Part shown: piece by piece, positions 49,447-60,549 of the stretch
Numbering within the stretch: the first letter of the stretch is position 1
How the letters are laid out: each line of letters begins with the position of its first letter
Source: Hormiphora californensis
Lineage: Eukaryota > Animalia > Ctenophora
DNA length: 64,000 bases
Direction of reading: 5' to 3'
Assembly (NCBI GenBank): GCA_020137815.1
Contig: CM035361.1
Coordinates: 3,720,001 to 3,784,000 of the forward strand
The notes under the pieces: model-generated
Told to the model about the DNA's origin: nothing
Databases searched by the model: none
What the model saw: the letters and a program-made list of their open reading frames with translations, nothing else
Program-made: the position numbers and the translations under genes

Positions 49447-52400
49447 ATGTCCTCCTCGCCTATGTCCTGGCATGGTCAGTCTCCCCCCAGTGGGACCGAC
49501 CAAAGTGAACCCGAGTTTTACGATCGAGAGCCCCTCAAGTTTACTGCTGGCCAGGTATTACAACTACATACTAGAATGTTATGTTCTAAGCTTCCTATAC
49601 TCTACCGGGGTGCCGCGGTGAAACACTGAAACAGGGTCAAGCAAGAGAGGGCAATAGGGGTATTATGTATATAGGGGGTATCTAGACGGATCTGTGGGGT
49701 ATCTAGAAGGGTCTTAGGAGTATCTAGAATGTTCTAAGGGGGTATCTAGTGGGGTCTGAGGGAAGCAAGCAGCTGTGATTTGGGGGTGGTGAGGGGACAA
49801 TCTCTCCCCAAAGAGAGTTTGTTACTTTAACTAACGCATCCTCTCTCCCAGGAGAGTTTGTTACTTTAACTAATACATCCCTCTCTCCCAACAGGTCGGT
49901 TGCGTCTGTGAGGCTTTGCTTCAGAGTGGCAATGTGAAACGACTTACAACTTTTCTCTGGACCCTTCCCTGTCATGACACTGGTTAGTTTAGACCATTTA
50001 ATACCATATATGGGCATGAATGCGACCATTTAGTACCATATTTGGGCATGAATGCAACCATTCATTGCCATATTTGGGCAAAAATATGACCACGATTACC
50101 ACGATATAATATGGGCACCATCACAGGTCTGATGAACACTGAAAGTGTCCTGAAAGCCCAGGCTGAGGTTTCGTTCTACAATGGAAACTATGCTGAGGTC
50201 TACCGAATTCTCGCTGTAAGTTTAATACCACTATATTGGGGGTGGCAAACCACCTTCTTCCACCACGGACGGTGCCCCCAGCCCACTTGGACTGGCTCAA
50301 CACCACTATATTGACTATTACCCCTAACACACACACACGGTTAACACACAACTGTACTTTCAGAGTAGAGAGTTCTCGCCCAACGCTCACCCGAAGCTAC
50401 AGCAACTCTGGCTAAAATCTCACTACATTGAAGCGGAGAAAGCAAGGGGCAGGCCATTAGGTATACAGTTTGATTTTAATTAATTATATTTTAATTAATT
50501 TTAATTCCTAACTACTTTTCGAGGTTTCCACAGATATTTCCACAGATTGTGCGATTACACCGTCATAGTGACTGTGAGGGTAGTTTTATCGCTCTACCCA
50601 TTAGTAGGAGCGCTTAGAGCATGCACGTGCAAAAGTCGCGCGCCACCCGACTTTTGGCGGGACTGATCTAAGTGCTCCTACTACATACAGCTGCTTTCTA
50701 CAGAAGTTCAAACCCAAGGCAGATTCCCAAATTTGTATCTTTTACAGCCTCAAAACTAATACTTCTCGTTTCCCAGGTGCTGTAGACAAGTACAGGATCA
50801 GGCGAAAATATCCCCTTCCACCGACTATTTGGGATGGAGAAGAGACTAGTTACTGTTTTAAAGAAAAGAGCAGAAACCGACTGAGGTAAGGAGGAGAAGA
50901 CACGAACAAAAGAGGGATAAAAGGAGTTGTTATCATGTATTGCGAGGGGGGGGGATCCCATGGTATACTTTGGTATACTTTGGCACTTTCCACAACTTTT
51001 TCAGCGATTTTCCATATACCAAAGTATACCAAAGTATACCAAGGTATACCAAAGTATACCATAAAAATTTTGAAAAAGGTAAAATTTAAGCGATAAGTTA
51101 ACATAAATGACTAAATTTGTAAAACTACATCCTTATTTCTTTATAAGTTGGTAATATAACGCTTATTAAACCGATTTTTACGTTTTTGTTACATCATCCG
51201 GCTAGTGCTTCTAGGCTTGCCACTCGGGTTCGATTCCCGGTGAAGGCAATTTTTGAAAAATTTTTGGAGACTTTACCAAATACTATTTGAACATTTTCTT
51301 GACTTTTTAAAAGTTTTTTTTTATCATACTCAAATGGGTCCCAATTTGTCAAACCCCAGTTTTCTGACTCACCATTTTATAGGTAATATTTTCCCTCGAT
51401 TCTATGAATTTAGCCTATTAAGCACCATTGTCCAATTTTATGAGTCAAGAAAGTTTATATAAAATGTTTTAAAGCCTTAACTGTTGTAAATTAACACTTT
51501 AAAGTACTTTAAAGGTTGACAAGATACCTAAAACTTTTCGTATATCGTCTTATTTTGATTTATCATTAATTTTCAGCATTTTTTCAGAATTTTTTGTCGG
51601 CTAGAAATATGTGCAAAATAGGGGGTCTACTGACAAATGAGTGTGCCTTTTTTAAAATTGATAACGTAATATCTCCGGTTCCTGATGAGATACAGAAACC
51701 GTTTTGGTAGCGTTGGAAAGGTCTTATTGAGACCAATCCAACGCAACCAAGATCAAGTCTTTATCTTTTGAGGAACCGGAAACGTGAATTTCAATTTGCG
51801 AGACGCAGTGAGTGTGCCCAGTAAAACCAGTGCTGACAATATCGGTAGACCCCCTATTTCGAATTTTTTTCTAGCCGACAAAAAATTCTGAAAAAATGCT
51901 GAAAATTAATGATAAATCAAAATAAGACGATATACGAAAAGTTTTAGGTATCTTGTCAACCTTTAAAGTTATTAAAAAGATATGGTATACTTTGGTATAC
52001 TTTGGTACTTTCCACATATTTTTTTGGGATTTTCCATATACCAAAGTATACCAAAGTATACCAAAGTATACCATGGGATCCCCCCCATTGCGAGTTGTAC
52101 TGTAATGATGCAGAAAGAGAGTTCTCTTGTAACCCATGATAGTAACCAGTGGTTAACATTGGTTACTATGGTAACCATTGGTTAACCCTTTGAGGCCCAG
52201 AGGGTCATATATGTCCAAAAGTTTGAGGCTTCCTAGCGACAAGCCTGATAAAGTTTTGGCCTAAAATAAAATGCCAGGTGGTAGCTTGAACGATTCTCTA
52301 TCTATAAATCGGGACATTTTCATACCAAGTTGTATGAGGAAGTTCCTAATTAGGACTAAATGAACCCCACTTCGGTCATTTTTTCTAATTAGGTCTCATT

Positions 52401-55400
52401 TCCTGATGAATTGTCCTAAACTAATTTCCTTCTAGAATAATATACTAGTAGATTAAATGGAGCTGCTAGAACAAACGGCATCAAAAAATATTCATTTTTG
52501 ACTGAGAAAACTCAATTTTTGGTTTCGGGTCATATATGACCCTCTGGGTCGTTTGGGAAGTTAAGAATTTCAAACGGCCTGGGAGTCCTCCGTATGCTTT
52601 CAGAGTCTCAAAAACTGGTTAGTCAGTGCCCTAATGATTATACAAGTCCACAGGAACCGTTTCATGAACCGTATTGACCGATTTCTACGATTTAGTCTAG
52701 GTTTAGGGTCATATATGACCCTCTGGGTCGTTCACGGAAAACTACCTATCATGTTAAATTCAGTCTTTAAACGCCGTTTATGATCAAACAATATGCTAAA
52801 CCCGCAGTAAATCATCACATTAGTGGGGGTAGATCATCAAATTAAGTCCCTATCTCGACCACTTATCGAGATAATTGGGTAATTATGTCATTATCTTCAT
52901 GCGCATACCTCCAGTTTTGGGGCAAATGAGGGCACTAAAACGTGTAGAATCATCGCATTAGTGGGGGTAGAGCACAAAATTAAGTCCCTATTCCTACTTC
53001 TAACTGATATAATTGGATAATTAGGTAATTGAAGGTTGTGCAACTACCATGCTTCACCGAAGCGCACGGTTCAGGCTGGTCCTGATCATACATCACTTCT
53101 GCATCAGGTTGTATCCTAACGATGAAGTTCCGATTACTTTAAAGTGAAAAGAGGTGAAATAAAACAGGTCAAAGGTCGCTAAAAATAGGTTTGGGTCAAG
53201 TATGAGGGTTATTAGGCTGTAGGGATGACCCTACCTTGCGCTTCGGTGAAGCATGGTAGTTGCACAACCTTCAATTATCCAATTATCCAATTATATCAAT
53301 TAGAAGTAGGAATAGGGACTTAATTTTGTGCTCTACCCCCACTAATGCGATGATTCTACACGTTTTAGTGCCCTCATTTGCCCCAAAACGTTTCCCAAAT
53401 CTGGAGGTATGCACATGATGATAATGACATAATTACCTAATTATCTCGATAAGGGGTCGAGATAGGGACTTAACTTAATGCTCTACCCCCACTAATGTGA
53501 TGATTTACTGCGGGTTTGGCATCTTATTTGATCATAAACAGCGTCCAAAGCCTGAATAACACATGTGAGGTGATGTGCAATGAACAACCCAGAGTGTCAT
53601 ATGACCTGAAACCTACCCCTAATTAGAGAAATTAGTCAATTCAGATCATGTAACGGTTCCTGTCAACTCGTTTCATCTCTAGGGCACTGACTAACCAGAT
53701 TTTATGGCTTGGAAGGCATATGGAGGACCCCTAGGCCGCTTGAAATTCTTAACTTCCCAAACGACCCAGAGGGTCATATATGACCCATGCTGTATCTGAA
53801 AAAGTAATGAACCGATTTGAAAAACTATTTTTCCCCTAATCTTAGAGTTTCATGCTGGGTATATTTGGGAAAAATTAGAAAATTTCGTTCAGCCAATCAC
53901 TATGGGCCTCAAAGGGTTAACATTGGTTACTAACCACTCTAACATGGGTTACTAACCACTCTTGTTGTAATGATGGGTTTCATTCACGAGAGGGAAATTA
54001 AATATATCAATACATTAATGATCTCTGCAAAGGTTTAAATTGTTTTAGAAAGTTTAGGTTTAAATTGTTAATCTTTTATTGCAGGGACTATTACGCTACG
54101 AACAAATATCCCTCACCCCATGAGAAGAGACAACTAAGTGAAACTACCGGCCTAACGTTAACTCAGGTAACTGATGTTGTACAGTAACTGATATAGTAGA
54201 GAATACCGGCGGCCTCTAGGGTTGAACAACATGTAAACACGGTGGTTTGTTAACTGTTTCGGCGTCAACGCCTTCGTCAGAACTAAAGAAAATGGCAACT
54301 TTACAAAATAATAAATATATCTCGTTAGATCAACTAAAATTACTACAACACAACTAAAGAATAAAACGACCACATGTACTAAAAACGACTAGTACATGTG
54401 GTCATTTTAGTCTTTAGTTGGGTTGTAATAATTTTAGTTGATCTAACGAGATATATATTTATTATTTTGTAAAGTTGCCATTTTCTTTAGTTCTGACGAA
54501 GCTGAAGGCGTTGACGCCGAAACAGTTAACAAACCACCGTGTTTACATGTTGTTCAACCCTAGAGGCCGCCGGTATTCTCTACTATATCTACTAATCTTC
54601 ATCGGGAGGATAAACTTCCCACGATATAGGATATATATATCGGTATTTGACGCTGATATATACCGGTCCGACTGTGCCACCAACACCTGCATGTCCCATA
54701 TAGGTATCGAACTGGTTTAAGAACAGGAGACAAAGAGATAGAGCCGCAGTGACCAAGGATAAAAGGTTGGTTGGTTGGTTAAATTTAGCTAACTCCTAAC
54801 TCCGGACTCCCCCCAAACACATCTGAAATCATTATCAGTGAATTCTTACCGGCCGAACCTAACAATATGCCCCTCTACAGATCTAAGAGCCCTTATTATC
54901 AATGAATGAGATCTGTTCAGGATTAAATAGGGAGGAAAATTAGAAAAATATCTGGCGAGAAGTTATTGAAAATCTTGTTCCGATATCCCGTAGGGTCACC
55001 ACACCAAAGTTAAAATTAAAATTAAAATTTGACGTTTTTGGTCATAATTTCTTGGCAAAATTGCCTCATTTTGGGCTTGTTGGAAAGAGGGCATCGAGCC
55101 CGTTCTGAACAGCTCAAGAAACTTGAAATCCGTGCAAAGTGCGCGGCGTTACAGTGCAAAATGTGTGCGTTAAAATTTTAACGCGCGCATTATGCGCCTT
55201 AACGCCGCGCACTCTGCACCGATTTTAAGTTTCTTGAGCTCTTCAGAACGGGCTCGATGCCCTCTTTCAAATGAGCCCAAAAAGAAGCAACTTTGCCAAG
55301 AAATGGCAGAGTTATGACCAAAAACGTCAAATTTTAATTTTAATTTTAACTTTGGTGTGTGGTGACCCTTATTATCTAGGACTGTTGAACATCTAACTAA

Positions 55401-56530
55401 TTCCTTGAATTGTGGATCCCCGATCCCCTCTCCTCGCCCTTGTTGAACACTCTCTAACCCCCCTCTTTAGGTCTAAGAGCGATGAGATGATTGAACAAGG
55501 GAGTAGTGAGGAATTGAGTGATCATGGTGGTGAGATTAGATCCAAGAAGTCGCCCCATCCCGGCCCCCCTCCTCCATACAACGAGTCAACGGACAGGCAT
55601 TCAGTCCTGCTGGTAAGTGGCCCATATTGGCATGGGATTTCAATCTACCTCCATATATGGGCTACGTAAATCACCATTTAGGGGCAATCGATAAAATTGT
55701 CTATCCATAATTGCTTTATCTTCCATATTCCCTCCATCGAGGTTTAGGGACAGCCGTTGCTCATATAATTGCCTTGTTCAACCCTCTCTCTCGTATTATA
55801 TATATTGGCGAGAGAGGGAGAGACAAATGTAAAAAAAGGGTTAGAACAATACGACATTCATCGACATGTTACAACAATTACCGATCCCCTGTTAATTACT
55901 ATTGTGTGTATTCTTGGGTAGGGTAACATCGACCTGAATTACTAATTAATTAATATTTTATAACATTTTCAGGGGGGGGGACATGTTAATTGTTAATAAA
56001 TCACCTCTTTTTTTATAACCTTGTCAAAACCCTGTTTCAGGCGCCTCCAATCCCACCGCCCGCCCTCTTTATGCAGCCTGTATACGAGAGAAGGTATGCA
56101 GTTGCAACAACGGCTGGAGCTCAACAGTGTACTAGCTATAGAAAGGTAAAATTTAGTACACCATATATGGGCATACACCTGACTATATATGGGCATATAA
56201 ACATATCACCTGACCATATATTGGGCATCACGTGACAACTCCCCTCTCAGATGATGCTGTTTGACAGTGATGGGATGATGCGGCCTGAACACCACCACCA
56301 CCCCCACCTGCAGTACCACTACAGTCCTGATGCTGGAGGGGAACAACAACCAACCAACATCGCTCATCATATGGTAGGTTGTATAGTGGGATACAAGACC
56401 ATATATGTCTCGTGATAATCACCAAATACGGGGACGCGTCACATCACGTTATGTTGGTCGAATCAATCTAGCGTGCTGGGGATTTCTGACAAAAAGTGTC
56501 CCAGCTGCTAACAAAACTAATATCTCTCTC

Positions 56531-56575
<45 letters not shown>

Positions 56576-57753
56576 GGAAGAGTTGTTGGCCTCCCATGCT
56601 GCTGCGGATCAGTCCGTGATGACGTCATCAAACGAGTCACGTGATCATCACATAATGACGTCAACAGACGGGTCACGTGACCATCACATAATGACGTCAC
56701 AAGAGGAACAATCCGTTCTGGATCTTGACAACCCTTCGAAGTAAGAAACCAGCCGATGGGGGGGGGGGGGTGTTTGAGAAGTTACCGCTCGCGCTCCGTA
56801 TTAAAATACAGGGGGCTATTAACTATTATGCAAAACGCAAATGTAGTTCAACAGTAAAGTGAGCCAATTTAAAAAAATCCCACCGTTTTAACCCCGTTTC
56901 CCCCATTTCAGGGCATTGTTAGGGTCCCTGCAAGTGATTGGAGCCCTCAAGGGACACCATCAACCTCATCCCCAAACTTTACCGACCCATGCTGCTGTGG
57001 TATCCCCAGAAAACCACGTACTATCGCCAGAAAACCACGTACTATCGCCTGAAAACCACGTACTATCGCCTGAAAACCACGTGCAGATATCGCCTGAAAA
57101 CCACGTACTACCTCCAGAAAACCACGTACAAATGTCGCCTGAAAATCACGTACAGATATCCCCTGAAAACCACGTGAGAGCATCCCCCGAAGAGCAACAC
57201 CACATGTCCCACGCTCCTATATCGCAAGGCAACTCTCCGGAGCGGTATAATAAAGCAGAAGTGGGACCTGAACAAGATATCGAGAACTGTGATCCATCCC
57301 TGGAAAACACCTCCCAGGTACTGGCCAATCACAGACCAGCATTCTGAAATCCTGACCAATTGGCAATCACAGACCTGGATTCTGAAATCCTGACCAATCA
57401 CAGACCTGGATTCTGAAATCCTGACCAATCACAGACCTGGATTCTGAAATCCTGACCAATCACAGACCTGGATTCTGAAATCCTGACCAATCACAGACCA
57501 GCATTCTGAAATCCTGACCAATCACAGACCTGGATTCTGAAATCCTGACCAATCACAGACCAGCATTCTGAAATCCTGGCTTCTTATTGGTTAATTTTTT
57601 TTGTCATTCGGCACAATCCATGTGGTAATTATTCAGTTTTCTAATATAATATTCGCCTTTTTATCGCAGGACCAAAGACCAATCATCGAAGTGAAAACGG
57701 AAGAGGAAGTTCTGGAGAACAGGGGAGAAAAAATCAAACCAAAAGAAACATAA
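49447..57753 (+). CDS. Six1/2: SIX-class (sine oculis) homeobox transcription factor, Six1/2-like, 552 aa
   Basis: 13 phase-consistent exons: 49447-49554, 49895-49982, 50127-50215, 50364-50460, 50777-50885, 54085-54166, 54704-54765, 55471-55612, 56041-56145, 56251-56373, 56577-56740, 56912-57317, 57670-57753. SIX domain [68 protein letters not shown]. Homeodomain [33 protein letters not shown] (K50; ETSY tetrapeptide). Confidence 0.95.
50946..52086. mobile_element. Non-autonomous TIR element with (CCAAAGTATA)n subterminal repeats and internal inverted repeat, in Six intron 5
   Basis: GGGGGATCCCATGGTATAC...GTATACCATGGGATCCCCC. Internal inverted repeat 51507-51630 versus 51845-51968. Confidence 0.8.
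52186..53916. mobile_element. piggyBac-type non-autonomous element with long internal inverted repeats, in Six intron 5
   Basis: TTAA|CCCTTTGAGGCCCA...TGGGCCTCAAAGGG|TTAA. Internal inverted repeat about 52527-53065 versus 53238-53787. Confidence 0.85.
54190..54589. mobile_element. Foldback MITE in Six intron 6
   Basis: Near-perfect ~190-bp inverted arms TAGTAGAGAATACCGGCGG...CCGCCGGTATTCTCTACTA. Confidence 0.85.
54993..55368. mobile_element. MITE with GGGTCACC TIRs in Six intron 7
   Basis: Long imperfect inverted arms. Same family as 14152-14276. Confidence 0.82.
57322..57580. repeat. 31-bp CCAAT-containing tandem repeat in the last Six intron
   Basis: TGACCAATCACAGACCTGGATTCTGAAATCC, about 8 copies. 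Confidence 0.9.
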
Positions 57754-58491
57754 AGACAATATAGGACAATTATTGGACAACTAATTGGACAAATAATTGG
57801 ACAACTAATTGGACAATTATTGGACAATTAATATTGGACAATTAATTGGACAAGAGCTGTTATTGATTTCTATATTATATGTTGTGATTGGCGGGAAGAG
57901 AGGATAATTATTGTTTTACCTAATTTAATTATTTTGATTTATATTGTGCTGTGCACACGGATGATTTTTGATGAAATTATTGATTACAGTTCGCGACAGT
58001 TGTGGCCCCCAATTATCGCCCAATTCTGTTATACATATAGTGACTTGCAGAAGTGTTTCAAATCACAGTTGATTATCGAAGGCCCGTGGCGATGCTGTCA
58101 GGCCAATGCTCTGACCACAGTTCTCGCGAAACGAGAATGGGTCAGGCCAGGCCAATGCTCTGACAGAAGGCCCGTGGCGATGTGATGTTTTAGTTGTTTT
58201 GTTCCACAGGGGAAGGAGGGTCGAACAATGCAATGTTTTAGCTGAACTGGATTTATGTTTTGTACCGTTTTTATCTCTTATTTATCTGCAACATGTGTGA
58301 ACCACTTCGTGATACAATTACAATATACCTGTCTGGCGGCGCTGACGCGATCTTGACGCATTGTTGTTCTGAATTTTAGAATCAAAATGGGGTACGTTAA
58401 ATTATGGCGTCGCCAGACAGACGATCAACTTCCATCTCTCGATCTTTCCTATAGTATAGCTTTAATTACTAACACGCGTATTTTATTCTAG

Positions 58492-58646
58492 GAGATGATT
58501 ATATTTCATGGTTTGTATTGGATGACTACTACCACAATTGGCCCGTGCTTGGCTGCATTCGATTGTCACGGAATGGGATGATGGAGACAGGAGAACTGCA
58601 GGAGTGTGATGATAAGGTGCACTGGAGGACACCAAGAATTTGCTAA
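58492..58646 (+). CDS. Possible orphan terminal coding exon (DDYISWFVLDDYYHNWPVLGCIRLSRNGMMETGELQECDDKVHWRTPRIC*)
   Basis: TACTAAC branch point and TTCTAG acceptor, an open phase-1 frame, and a donor CAG|GTCAGT just after the stop. No upstream exon identified. Confidence 0.4.
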
Positions 58647-60549
58647 CCAGGTCAGTGATTTATTAGTCCTTGTTGAGTAACAAACTACCCCCCCCCCCCA
58701 AATTCCCCCCCCCTCCTTGGGCACGTCGCGCTATACCCTGTACGTGGCGCTGCCAAGCCCCATCCCCTCCCCAACCCCAACATGCCTTCCGTGTGTCATC
58801 GGCTGTTCGGCGGTCAGAGACTCAGAGCCTACATTTCCCACAAGATCCCTATATAGATTGAGTAATATGTACTGCATATATATTGGTATAAGGAAAATAA
58901 TTCTACCCTAATCGTCATAACGCGTTATCCTATCGACTGTCTAGGTTCAGTGCAGGCGTGGGAATAAAGACCTAGAATATTTTATAGTTATATCGAAAAT
59001 ATATATTTGCTTAGTTTCTACCAAGTTGGTGCATGGCATCATAATCAATGAATCTGTTATTGTCGAAGATTTAATTATCATTCATAGCTAGTATAGTAGC
59101 TGTCTGGCGCCGCGACCCATCTGAGCGCACTGTCGAGAATCAAATGGGGTATGGCGCCTTGTTGTCAACAAATGGCGCCGCCATACAGTATACTGTATAT
59201 ATGAGGCATAAACTCTTGCCAGTGGCGCGTTATTTCAGATACCTTTCTCCCAGCGCGCCGCTGGGAGAAGGTAGCTGTAGTTTATCCGCCACTGGCGGAT
59301 AAACTGGTTTAAATCACGACGACGATCCCGAGGCGTAGCCGAGGGAGAGGCGGAGGGGTTTAAACCTATAACGCGTCTGTGGCAAGAGTTTATGGGTTAT
59401 ATACCCTGCTTTAGTTGTTTGTTACAAGTATTACACACTAACAAGAGAGAGAACACTAATCAAAACACACAAAGAGAACTGAGAAACAGTCAAAAACATC
59501 TCTCAATTGAGTGTACATTGTTTGGTAACAGTTACTAAGGAGAGAGAGAAAGAAATAACAAGATATGGGGCATGCCAGACATAACACAGAGGAATTGAGA
59601 TAGTGAAACAAAAGGGAAGATAAAGAGAGAGTAATTGACGGAATGTGTTGTTTCTTTCTCTCCAATTTAGTGTGTAACTCTTCCAAACAGTGTTCCCTCT
59701 GTATTTCAGTAAGAACTGATCATTTACACACACTTTGAATGTAACATAGGAGTTAAAAATAAATAACCTGCCAGTGGGAAATAATCTGCCGCTGGACTGG
59801 CTGTATATTGAGAGCGCGCCAGTGGGACTTCTCGCCGCTGGCGGGTTATTTAAGTTAGCTGGGTATATACTACTATAATATAGTAGTATGAAACCCGATA
59901 GCTGATTTGACAGTCGTTTGAACATTTTGCGCGCTCATGATAACTGCTAGCTGGGAGATTTAACACCCTGCTCGCTGTTTAACAGTCCCCGCTCTCTTTT
60001 TTCACGCATTTCTCTTCATTGAATAACATGCGTGTAAAATTCAGAGTAATTAAAATGTGTGTAAACCACACAGTTCTGTCAATAACAGAGAGGGGAACAC
60101 ATCTGCAACACTTTTTAATGTTATCTCTCTCATAAAAGTCAAAAGAATCGCATTCCTATCTCTTCTCTCTCTCATTCTCTCTTTTACTGTTCAATATCTC
60201 TCCACTGTGTGTATTAGCCCCAATCTTGCTCTCTCTTACTCAAATATGTTGGGGAACCCAGTTCCCAACTAGGTGCCAGTTATTCTACCACTTTTGGGGG
60301 GACGTCATGTTGACATTTGCCATTACTCCTTGTGTTTTTTTCCCTTTGGGGTTTTGTGTCCTTGTTAGTGTGAAATTGCTACCCGGGTTTTCTTTTAAAC
60401 TATAAACGTTTTTTAGCTTTTTCACGTTGTAGGTTTAAATGCCTCCCCCCCCCCCCCTCGGCTAGGGCCTCGGGTTCGGGGCCCGTGTTTTAAACCCAAA
60501 ATTTTAAATCCCCCTTTGCCGGGGGGTTTTAAACCCCATTTGGGGCTAT

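Noticed and set aside
51200-51250. tRNA-like GGTTCGATTCCC motif
   Set aside because: Only a T-arm-like fragment is present, inside a transposon, with no cloverleaf.
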